DNA of 63,308 nt, counting the filler, from Sphingomonadaceae bacterium (GTDB lineage: Bacteria; Chloroflexota; UBA6077): assembly GCA_050261575.1 (NCBI GenBank). It is 4 parts of 4 records of this genome, joined end to end, with 100 filler letters (N's around TTAATTAATTAA, not from the genome) between each part and the next. Parts side by side here need not be neighbours in the genome. Positions count along the whole stretch, not along the records: positions 38,984 to 50,306 come from JBLNDL010000049.1; positions 50,407 to 63,308 come from JBLNDL010000051.1; 2 more parts are not named here. One strand, given 5' to 3'. Under the pieces are notes generated by a model. The model saw only the letters and a list, made by a program, of their open reading frames with translations, was not told the origin of the DNA and did not search any database. Position numbers and translations under genes: made by a program. How positions within the stretch are numbered: the first letter of the stretch is position 1; each line of letters begins with the position of its first letter. This document shows, piece by piece, positions 44,824 through 53,753 of this stretch.

Positions 44824-45321
44824 TCAATCCTCTCGCGCAATCAGGATCGCCCCGACCATCGCGGCCAGGAGCAGCACCGAGGCCATCTCGAAGGGCAGCA
44901 CGTAGCTGCCCAGCATCACCCGCCCGATCGTCTCGGTGGTGGGCTGCTCGGCGGGGGCGGCCACCAGCGGCCACCGCGTTCCCAGCACGGAGTAGGCCGC
45001 CACCGCCAGGAAGGAGACGGCAACCAGCCCCGCTGCCAGCTTCTTCCCCATCTGCCCGGGCCTTCCGGACTCGATCTGGTTGGGGGTGAGCATGATGGCG
45101 AACATCATCAGGATCATGATCGCCCCGGCGTAGATCAGCACCTGGACGACGGCCAGGAAGTCGGCCCTCAGCAGCAGGTAGATGGCCGCCACCCCCAGGA
45201 AGGAGGCCACCAGGAACATGGCGCTGTGCACCAGCCTGCGCGCCGTGACCATGCCCACGGCACCGCTCACGGCCATCAGACCGAAGGTGTAGAAGGCTAT
45301 CGCCGCAAAGACGTCCGTCAT
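44824..45321 (-). CDS. nuoJ: Complex I subunit J
   Basis: [43 protein letters not shown]. Confidence 0.95.
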   Translation of the reverse strand: MTDVFAAIAFYTFGLMAVSGAVGMVTARRLVHSAMFLVASFLGVAAIYLLLRADFLAVVQVLIYAGAIMILMMFAIMLTPNQIESGRPGQMGKKLAAGLVAVSFLAVAAYSVLGTRWPLVAAPAEQPTTETIGRVMLGSYVLPFEMASVLLLAAMVGAILIARED

Positions 45322-45326
45322 TCTTC

Positions 45327-45438
45327 CCCCTCACCCCTGCCCCTCTCCCTCAATGGAGAGGGGAGAGGAGGAATCGAGTGTCTGGGGAGATCCCAGACCC
45401 CTCCAGATAGGGGCCCCCGGCCCCCTCTGGACTCCCCC
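45327..45438. repeat. Palindromic REP-like cluster between nuoI and nuoJ
   Basis: CCCTCACCCC..CCCTCTCCC-tcaat-GGAGAGGGG, followed by GTCTGGG-gagat-CCCAGAC and TCCAGA..GGGGC...GCCCC..TCTGGA hairpins. Confidence 0.65.
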
Positions 45439-45444
45439 GTCGAG

Positions 45445-45912
45445 CTACTTCATCTGGCCGAAGCCCGCCACCCGAACCCTCTGCTCGTCCACCTCGGGCG
45501 CGGCCATCACCGCCATCTTCTCGCGGTTCTGGTCAGCCTCCCGGCGACTGGCTACCGCTAGCTCCCGCTCCGGCTGCATCGTGAGCGCCTCGAAGGGGCA
45601 GGCCTCCACGCACAGCCCGCAGAAGATGCACTCCAGCAGGTTGTACTCGAACCTCTCCGGGTAGGGCGTCGGCTTGCCCTTCTCGTCCTTGGCCCGCACG
45701 ATCTGGATGATCTCCACCGGGCACGCCTTGGCGCACAGCCCGCAGGCGGTGCACCGGTACCTGCCGGTGTCCGGGTTGACCACCAGGCTCACCCTGCCCC
45801 GATACCCCGTGGGCAGCGGGAGGACCTCCTCCGGGTACTGCACCGTCACCGGCCGTTTGAAGAAGTGCCGCAGGGTCGTCTCCAGCCCCTTGGCTATCCC
45901 AGAACCGAACAT
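45445..45912 (-). CDS. nuoI: Complex I subunit I
   Basis: VTVQYPEE, CTACGLCAKACP, CIFCGLCVEACP. Confidence 0.95.
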   Translation of the reverse strand: MFGSGIAKGLETTLRHFFKRPVTVQYPEEVLPLPTGYRGRVSLVVNPDTGRYRCTACGLCAKACPVEIIQIVRAKDEKGKPTPYPERFEYNLLECIFCGLCVEACPFEALTMQPERELAVASRREADQNREKMAVMAAPEVDEQRVRVAGFGQMK

Positions 45913-45930
45913 CGTCTATTCCGTCCCCTC

Positions 45931-46050
45931 GTAGCGGCGCACACACGCGCGCCCGCGCAACCTGCCTCGAAGCTGGGCGGACACGTAGGCCCGCCCTATG
46001 GTGAGACCCCTATCCCAGCGGGGGCGCACCCGTGTGTACGACCCCGTCGG
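45931..46050. repeat. GTAG-type REP-like cluster between nuoH and nuoI
   Basis: GTAGCGGCGCACACACGCGCGCCC ... GGGCGGACACGTAGGCCCGCCCTA ... GGGGCGCACCCGTGTGT; same family as 42408-42500. Confidence 0.6.
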
Positions 46051-46089
46051 TCGTACGCTTCGCCATGCGGCTCCGGGGGCGGGGATTCA

Positions 46090-47133
46090 TCATCCCACCA
46101 CCATCTGGTACACGCTCACACCGAGGCCCGTCACCAGCAGGTTCGCCAGCGCCACCGGCACCAGCACCTTCCAGCAGAAGCCCATCAACTGGTCCGCCCG
46201 CAGCCTCGGCAGCGTCGCACGCAGCCAGATCATCGCCAGGAACAGCAGCCCGGCCTTCAGCACGAACCAGACGTACGGCGGCAGGATCGGACCCTGCCAT
46301 CCTCCCAGGAACACCGTGGTGGCGATCGCCGCCACCGCGAAGGAGTTCAGGTACTCCGCGAGGAAGAAGAGCGCCCACTTCATGCCGCTGTACTCGGTGT
46401 GGAAGCCGGCCACCAGCTCCGACTCCGCCTCCGGAATGTCGAACGGGGAGCGGTTCACCTCAGCGATCCCCGCGACGAAGTAGACCAGGAACGCCACCGG
46501 CTGGAGCACCACCAGCGGCAGCCCCGCCTGCGCGTTCACGATGTCCACCATGGAGAGGGAGCCCACTATCAGGATCGGGCTGATCAGCGCCAGCACCAGC
46601 GGGATCTCGAAGCTGATCATCTGCGCAGCCGCCCGCATCCCCCCCAGCACCGAGTACTTGTTGCCCGAGCCCCACCCCGCCAGCACGATGCCGATGGTGG
46701 TGATGCCCCCGAGTGCCACCATGAACAGCAGCCCCACGTTGACGTCCGCTATCGCCATCCCGTCCCCGAAAGGCACCACCGCGTAGGCCAGCAGGGAGGG
46801 GATCACCACCACGATGGGCGCCAGGAAGTGCACCACCGGGTCGGCCGTCCGAGGCCGGATGTCCTCCTTCAGCAGCAGCTTCAGCACGTCGGCCACCGGC
46901 TGCAGGAGGCCCCACTTGCCCACCCGGTTCGGACCCCAACGGTCCTGCATTCGGGCCATCACCCGCCGCTCCAGGTAGGTCTGGAGCATCACCGTCACGA
47001 TCAGGAACAGCAGCGCCACCACGATCGCCAGCAAGGCCTTGACGGCCGCGACGGCCCAGCCCGGCAGGAAGCCGGCGAGCAGGCCCGCTATTGCGTCGTT
47101 GGCGATACCGAAGATCCCGTTTATCGCTTCCAT
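46090..47133 (-). CDS. nuoH: Complex I subunit H
   Basis: ERRVMARMQDRWGPNRVG, QPVADVLKLLLKED, NRSPFDIPEAESELVAGFHTEYSG, TLPRLRADQLM. Confidence 0.96.
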   Translation of the reverse strand: MEAINGIFGIANDAIAGLLAGFLPGWAVAAVKALLAIVVALLFLIVTVMLQTYLERRVMARMQDRWGPNRVGKWGLLQPVADVLKLLLKEDIRPRTADPVVHFLAPIVVVIPSLLAYAVVPFGDGMAIADVNVGLLFMVALGGITTIGIVLAGWGSGNKYSVLGGMRAAAQMISFEIPLVLALISPILIVGSLSMVDIVNAQAGLPLVVLQPVAFLVYFVAGIAEVNRSPFDIPEAESELVAGFHTEYSGMKWALFFLAEYLNSFAVAAIATTVFLGGWQGPILPPYVWFVLKAGLLFLAMIWLRATLPRLRADQLMGFCWKVLVPVALANLLVTGLGVSVYQMVVG

Positions 47134-47146
47134 CTTCGTTCGGGAG

Positions 47147-47203
47147 CCCTCACCCCGTGAACGTGTCCTCTGGCACGTTCGCGCTCTCCCAGCGGGAGAG
47201 GGG
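47147..47203. repeat. REP-like palindrome between nuoD and nuoH
   Basis: CCCTCACCCC..GAACGTG/CACGTTC..CTCTCCC-agc-GGGAGAGGG; same family as 45327. Confidence 0.6.
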
Positions 47204-47217
47204 TACCGCGGAAGGCC

Positions 47218-48361
<1,144 letters not shown>

Positions 48362-48369
<8 letters not shown>

Positions 48370-48985
48370 CGAGGAACCTCCCCGTGCTCGCCTCCCCGCG
48401 CCTCGCCCCGGCGTAGCCCGGCAGCCTCAGGTGCGGGACCAGCACGTACGACGGATCCTGCTCGAAATCCTTCCGCAGCGGATGCCCCTGGAAATCGTCC
48501 GCAAGCAGGATCCGCCGCAGGTCAGGATGCCCCACGAAGACGATCCCCATCAGGTCGTAGATCTCCCTCTCCTGGAACTCCGCGCCGGGCCAGAACGGCG
48601 TGAGCGAGGCGACCTCCGGCGCCTCCTCCCGCGGGAGGAAGCAGCGCACCACCACCGGAAAGGCGGAATCCAGCCGGTAGGCGTGGTAGATCAGCTCGAA
48701 CCGGTCCTTCCAGTCCACCGCGGTGATGCTCATCAGCAGCCGGTATCCCAGGTCGTTCTTGATCGCCAGGCACGCCTCAACGAGCCTCTCCGCGGGCAGG
48801 GTCACCTCCAGCCGGTCGTCGAACGGCTGGAACTCCAATTCCGGCCCGATCCCCTGCAGCCTCCGTCGCGCCTCCTCCAGGATCTTCGGCAGCACGGGCA
48901 ACCCCTCCACGGGGCCACCATCCCCGTTGGATCCCGTCCCCTGAGGGGCGCCTTCGATCGGGCCGGGAGCGCTACTCTCTGCCAT
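48362..48985 (-). CDS. nuoC: Complex I subunit C
   Basis: [48 protein letters not shown]. Confidence 0.95.
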
Positions 48986-49550
48986 TCCGCCTCCTCAGGT
49001 GCCTCTCCTTCTCGATCTTCTTCTGGAGCTTCATCAGGGCGAAGAGCAGGGCGTCGGGCCTCGGGGGGCACCCCGGCACGTAGACGTCCACCGGCACGAA
49101 GTGGTCGATGCCCGGCACCGTGCTGTAAGAGCCCTTGTACGGCCCGCCGGCCGAGGCACAGCTACCCATCGCGATGACGTACTTCGGCTCCGCCATCTGG
49201 TCGTAGATCCGCCGGATCATCGGGGCCATCTTCGTCGTCACCGTCCCGGACACGATCATCAGGTCCGCCTGCCGCGGCGAGGGGCGCATCACCTCCGCTC
49301 CGAAGCGCGCGATGTCGAATCGCGCGGTCATGGCGGAGATCATCTCGATGGCGCAGCAGGCCAGGCCGAAGCCCAGCGGCCAGAGGGAGTTCTTGCGGGC
49401 CCAGTTGACCAGCTCGTCCAGCTTGGCCAGCACCACGTTGTCCCGCACCTCCTCCGGCAGCTCCACGTTCTCCGGGCTCCGGGCTCCGCCCTCCGGGCGG
49501 CCGATGGCGGGATCCTGGGCTGGCCCCAAAGTCTCCTTCTCCTCGCTCAT
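48972..49550 (-). CDS. nuoB: Complex I subunit B
   Basis: [43 protein letters not shown]. Confidence 0.96.
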   Translation of the reverse strand: MSEEKETLGPAQDPAIGRPEGGARSPENVELPEEVRDNVVLAKLDELVNWARKNSLWPLGFGLACCAIEMISAMTARFDIARFGAEVMRPSPRQADLMIVSGTVTTKMAPMIRRIYDQMAEPKYVIAMGSCASAGGPYKGSYSTVPGIDHFVPVDVYVPGCPPRPDALLFALMKLQKKIEKERHLRRRNGRE

Positions 49551-49551
49551 C

Positions 49552-49908
49552 TCATCTCCACTCCAGGGCTCGCTTGCGCCAAGCGTACACCAGCGCGACC
49601 AGCAGGAATGTGACGAAGATCACCATTTCGACAAGCGCGAAGAGACCGAGCTGGCGGTAGGCGACGGCCCAGGGGACCAGGAAGACGGCCTCGACGTCGA
49701 AGATGACGAAGATGAGGGCGAACAGGTAGAACTGGGCCTTGAACTGGACGTTGGCGGGGCCGAAGACCTCCGCGCCGCACTCGTACACGTCGTTCTTGTT
49801 GGGCAGCGGCTTCCTGGGTGCGAGCAGCTTGGCGATAAGGACGGGCGCCAGCGGGAACACCACCGCCACGGCGAGGAAGATCGCTATCGGGGCGTAAGAG
49901 TCCAGCAT
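49552..49908 (-). CDS. nuoA: Complex I subunit A
   Basis: [41 protein letters not shown] upstream. Confidence 0.95.
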   Translation of the reverse strand: MLDSYAPIAIFLAVAVVFPLAPVLIAKLLAPRKPLPNKNDVYECGAEVFGPANVQFKAQFYLFALIFVIFDVEAVFLVPWAVAYRQLGLFALVEMVIFVTFLLVALVYAWRKRALEWR

Positions 49909-50152
49909 CGACTACCTCCGGACAGAACGGCGCGATCGCGGGCAGACGCGCGGCGCGCCCTCGACCGACCGCTGCTGAGACCTGCCGAGAATGCCAACCG
50001 GATGGGGGAGAGGGCAGATGGGGACCGCCGTGAGAGACCATCTTCGACTGAAAGATGGCGCGGAGGCAACCTAGCGGGGGCCAACATCGCCCCGGGGCCC
50101 TCCTGGCAGCAATCACCACCGCCAAGACTCCAACACCCCACACACGGCTTGG

Positions 50153-50181
50153 AGTATAGCACCCCCGAATCCCCGAGTCAA
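50153..50181 (-). promoter_or_regulatory. nuo operon promoter TTGACT-N17-TATACT with TG extension
   Basis: Near-consensus boxes with ideal spacing, about 245 nt upstream of nuoA. Confidence 0.7.
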
Positions 50182-50190
50182 AGACCCGCA

Positions 50191-50246
50191 TTGCCTCACA
50201 AATAATCTTACCCTGGGGGTGGTCGTTGCCTCACAATCCATCTTAC
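50191..50246. promoter_or_regulatory. Tandem 21-bp direct repeat TTGCCTCACAA-N3-ATCTTAC, candidate regulator sites
   Basis: Copies at 50191-50211 and 50226-50246, 18/21 identical, immediately upstream of the nuo -35 box. Confidence 0.55.
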
Positions 50247-50306
50247 TTTGAGAGGTTGGGGGATGGGAGTGAGGCGAGAGAGCAAGCACGAGGTGGCCGC
50301 GAGATG

Positions 50307-50406
50307 NNNNNNNNNNNNNNNNNNNNNNNNNNNNNNNNNNNNNNNNNNNNTTAATTAATTAANNNNNNNNNNNNNNNNNNNNNNNNNNNNNNNNNNNNNN
50401 NNNNNN
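50307..50406. other. Artificial contig-joining spacer
   Basis: 100 bp of N with a central TTAATTAATTAA. Confidence 0.98.
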
Positions 50407-50408
50407 GC

Positions 50409-50990
50409 CCTGCTGACCTCCCTGCCACCAACCTCTTCGCGGCCTTCGAGCAGGACGGCGTCTCCGTCCCCACCCCAGTCCAGACCAACCCAACGCCCTC
50501 CACGCCCGCTCCAACCCCTACCCAGGCCCCGGTTGCCAACCCACCGCGGCCCGATCGCGTGATGGTGGTTGGCAACCCATGGTTCACGGAGCACACCAAC
50601 GAGACGCTCGAACTGCTTCCCGCCAGCATTCGAGACTACGTCCACAAGATCGTGGAGTCCCCTCCACCCTCCCGGACGGACATTCAGAACCGGACTCTCT
50701 ACGTCGCCGAGGGTGACGCCTTTCCCTGGGCCTGGCGCGACCATGCTGAGAACCGACGGGAATGGTACGCTGGGCTGATCATCCATGCGGCCACACACAT
50801 CGAGCAGTACTTTGCCGGACGGCAATATCAGGGAACGGAGGCGGAGAGGGAAGCTCAGCTTCGGCAGAAATCCCTCTTCATCTCCATCGATACGACCCCG
50901 GGGCAGCAGTTCGTGAACTACATGTCAAACGCCATCGCCAAAGGCGACACGTCGATAGCCGACTGGGCAGCGCCACCTGACCCTAGATAG
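50409..50990 (+). CDS. 5'-truncated, probably secreted protein with Pro/Thr linker and a degenerate zincin-like domain
   Basis: Frame open from the contig start (PADLPATNLFAAF...PTPSTPAPTPTQAP), then WYAGLIIHAATHIEQY...GTEAEREA. Confidence 0.6.
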   Translation, partial: PADLPATNLFAAFEQDGVSVPTPVQTNPTPSTPAPTPTQAPVANPPRPDRVMVVGNPWFTEHTNETLELLPASIRDYVHKIVESPPPSRTDIQNRTLYVAEGDAFPWAWRDHAENRREWYAGLIIHAATHIEQYFAGRQYQGTEAEREAQLRQKSLFISIDTTPGQQFVNYMSNAIAKGDTSIADWAAPPDPR

Positions 50991-51024
50991 ACGGCGGCAA
51001 CAGCATGACTTGCCTACCAAAGCC

Positions 51025-51053
51025 AAAAGGGGCGCCTCCTCCGAAGGCGCCCC
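51025..51053. terminator. GC-rich hairpin after the truncated gene
   Basis: GGGGCGCCT-cctccga-AGGCGCCCC; the short U-tract is on the minus strand. Confidence 0.5.
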
Positions 51054-51125
51054 ATCACGTGTCCATCTCCATCCAGTGGTGGAGATTGGCCGCGTGGCTG
51101 CAGCGCGGGTCCGCACATGGCTCGG

Positions 51126-51154
51126 TTGCCCAGCCTTGGGGACGATGCTACAAT
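51126..51154 (+). promoter_or_regulatory. Putative promoter TTGCCC-N17-TACAAT with TG extension
   Basis: Lies 65 nt upstream of the AGGAGG-led GTG at 51219. Confidence 0.6.
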
Positions 51155-51218
51155 CGCGCCGCCCCGGGGCCTGCGGCCGCCCCCAAGTAACGCGCCTCCG
51201 GGGACACAGGAGGCTCCC

Positions 51219-53753
51219 GTGCCCCACCCGTCGCCCATCATGAGCGACTCTCACGTCGACCTCAGGCAATCCACCCGATCGGCGCTCCGCGTGCGCATGC
51301 GAGAGGCGCTGCCCGACATGGCTGCGCTCGGCCTTCTGTTCGCCCTGGCCTTCTCTCTGCTTGCGCGACAGATCATCGTCGGGGGCACTTTCTACAACGA
51401 TGACATTGTCTACCAGAGCATTCCGGTCTACTCCTGGTATGCTGACGGACTCAAGCAGGGACGAATCCCCATCTGGTCGGCTAGCATCCTAGGTGGATTC
51501 CCACTGGCCTTCGCGCAATACGGCTTCTTTTACCCACCCGACATGCTGCTCTTCTGGCTGTTGGATGCTGCCCGAGCATTCCACCTGTCCCTCGCCCTGC
51601 ATCTGGCCCTGGCGGGATGGTGCACCTACTGGTACTGTCGCGTCTTGGGCATGCGACGTCTTCCGTCGCTCTTTGCCGCAGTGGTCTTCCAGATGGGCAA
51701 CGAGGTCCTGTCTTGGCCGGCAAACGGCTTCATCACCAGAACCCTCTTCGCCATTCCAGCCACACTAGCCACCATCGAGCTGCTGTTCCGCCGAAGCCCG
51801 AGGTTCTGGCTGCTCATTCCCCTGGTGGTCGGTTCGGCCCTTCTGGGAGGCTATGCCCAGATCCTGCTGTTCGCTCTGACCGTGGCCGGGGCTTATGCGC
51901 TGGTCATCGGTCTCGCCTACCGTCGTACACTCGGCGCCAAAGAGACGGCGCATCGGCTCATCCTGCTCGCCCTCGGGATCGCTCTGGGGTTCGGCCTCGC
52001 TGCCGTTCGGGTGCTGCCAACTCTGCTGGTGACCGCCGAGTCGACGCGGGCGGGTGGTCTGCCACTGGATCGCTCGGCCGTCGATTCCATAGAACCCTGG
52101 GCGCTGCTGGCTGGATACTTGCTGCCAGCCATACTGGAGGTACCAGGCACCACATCGGCTCGACCGGACTATCTAGGGGCTCCAGCGCTGCTGTTGGCTG
52201 CTCTCCCCCTTGTGCTGGCGAGACTGAAGGATCGCATCGCCGGCTTCCACCTGGGGCTCGCGGCTTTGTCGACAACCCTCTCTCTGGGCACATCCACGCC
52301 CCTTTACGGTATGCTGTTCCAGCTACCGTTCTTCTCCCTCTTCCGCGGGCCCAACCGCTTCTCCCTGGTCGCGGCTCTGGCCATCGCAGTCCTCGCTGCC
52401 TACGCGTTGGATCGCAGACTGGCCCTGGACCTTGTCCTCCGCAAGCGGCTGCTTCGAGCGACGGTAGCCACAGGGATCATCGCCTTGACCGCAGGGTTGT
52501 CCCTGGCTGTGGTCAGTGTTGCTTTCCAGTTCGGCAGAGACCCCTTCTCCGATTACGTCAGGAGAGTTGTCGAGCAACAGGGCTGGGATACCCTGAACGC
52601 CCTGCGCCCGCGTGTTGCTTTCCCACTGATCTCAGCGTTCGCCACACCCTTCCTGGCAGTCGCCGCTGCCCGCTTGTCGGTCTCCCATCGGGTACTCGAA
52701 TGGTGGGTGCTCTTCCTAAGCACCGCCACTTTGTTCCTGCTGGGATGGGTCCACAACCCTTGGTTGCAGCCAAACGCGCTCTACGAGGCTCCAGTGCTTC
52801 TCAACACCCTCAAGAACGACCCCGACAGGTTTCGGGTGTTCTCCTACGCGCCGGCGATGAGTGTGTACAACGTTGGGGTCTACTACACCGATAAAGTGGG
52901 CTCGCCACCCTCCACAGAGTTCCAGGAGCGCTACCTCCGGCAGTTCATCGCGCCGAACCTGGGGATGCTCTTCGACGTGGCCACCCCAGGAGGATACGAG
53001 GTTCTCCAAACACGACGGCAGGCTCTTGTCGGCTTCTACATGGGTAGCGATAGGACCGAGTATGCCCGCTACTCTGATGGTGACTGGGTAGACTGGAACC
53101 TGCACAACGCCAGCCTGAGCGATCGTCTGAGCTTCTTGGCGGCTCTGAACGTCAAGTACCTGCTGCATCCCTTTCTGATCGAAGACCCAAGGCTGGAATT
53201 GCGGGATGAAGTCGAAGTCCAGATCTATCCAGGGCTTCCGGCCGTGGCCAAAGTGCACCTCTACCAGCTCAAGGACTCCCAGCCGAGAGCGTTCCTGGTA
53301 CCCACGGCCGTGACGATGCCGTCAGAGAAGCAGGTGCTGGACACCCTCTTTTCCGGCTCGGTGAACCTGCATGAAGCGGTTATCCTCGAGTCTACACCGG
53401 CGGCCATGGAAGGCCCTCCACTAACCGCTGCTGGGTCCTGGGTCGAAATCACAGCCTACCGAGACGATCACGTGAGCCTTCGGGCCCACACCAATGGAAA
53501 CGGGTTCCTCGTCTTGATGGACTTCCTGCTGCCTGGCTGGTCAGCCACAGTCAACAGCAACCCAGAGCCGATTCTTGCCGGCAACTTCGCGGGGCGTGCT
53601 GTCCCCATCCGCAGCGCCGGCGACCACCGCATCGATTTCCATTACGAGGCTCCCTTACTCCGTGAAGGCCTGGCAGTCAGCCTGTTGTCCCTCGCCCTGC
53701 TGCTGCTCGGAGCCCTGCACAGCGTCGCCCTCGTGCAACGGAGGGCGACGTGA
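51219..53753 (+). CDS. YfhO-family (GT-C-like) membrane protein
   Basis: DDIVYQSIP, GRIPIWS..ILGGFP, FYPP, GGYAQ, FRGPNRF, LNVKY, C-terminal GFLVL.D...PGWSATV..N...RAV plus terminal TM helix; 844 aa. Confidence 0.85.
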   Translation: MPHPSPIMSDSHVDLRQSTRSALRVRMREALPDMAALGLLFALAFSLLARQIIVGGTFYNDDIVYQSIPVYSWYADGLKQGRIPIWSASILGGFPLAFAQYGFFYPPDMLLFWLLDAARAFHLSLALHLALAGWCTYWYCRVLGMRRLPSLFAAVVFQMGNEVLSWPANGFITRTLFAIPATLATIELLFRRSPRFWLLIPLVVGSALLGGYAQILLFALTVAGAYALVIGLAYRRTLGAKETAHRLILLALGIALGFGLAAVRVLPTLLVTAESTRAGGLPLDRSAVDSIEPWALLAGYLLPAILEVPGTTSARPDYLGAPALLLAALPLVLARLKDRIAGFHLGLAALSTTLSLGTSTPLYGMLFQLPFFSLFRGPNRFSLVAALAIAVLAAYALDRRLALDLVLRKRLLRATVATGIIALTAGLSLAVVSVAFQFGRDPFSDYVRRVVEQQGWDTLNALRPRVAFPLISAFATPFLAVAAARLSVSHRVLEWWVLFLSTATLFLLGWVHNPWLQPNALYEAPVLLNTLKNDPDRFRVFSYAPAMSVYNVGVYYTDKVGSPPSTEFQERYLRQFIAPNLGMLFDVATPGGYEVLQTRRQALVGFYMGSDRTEYARYSDGDWVDWNLHNASLSDRLSFLAALNVKYLLHPFLIEDPRLELRDEVEVQIYPGLPAVAKVHLYQLKDSQPRAFLVPTAVTMPSEKQVLDTLFSGSVNLHEAVILESTPAAMEGPPLTAAGSWVEITAYRDDHVSLRAHTNGNGFLVLMDFLLPGWSATVNSNPEPILAGNFAGRAVPIRSAGDHRIDFHYEAPLLREGLAVSLLSLALLLLGALHSVALVQRRAT

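Noticed and set aside
42523..45089. Long alternative-frame and antisense ORFs (e.g. 42523-44403, 43422-45089) and many similar ones in the track
   Set aside because: Shadow ORFs expected from high GC3 codon usage over well-supported genes.
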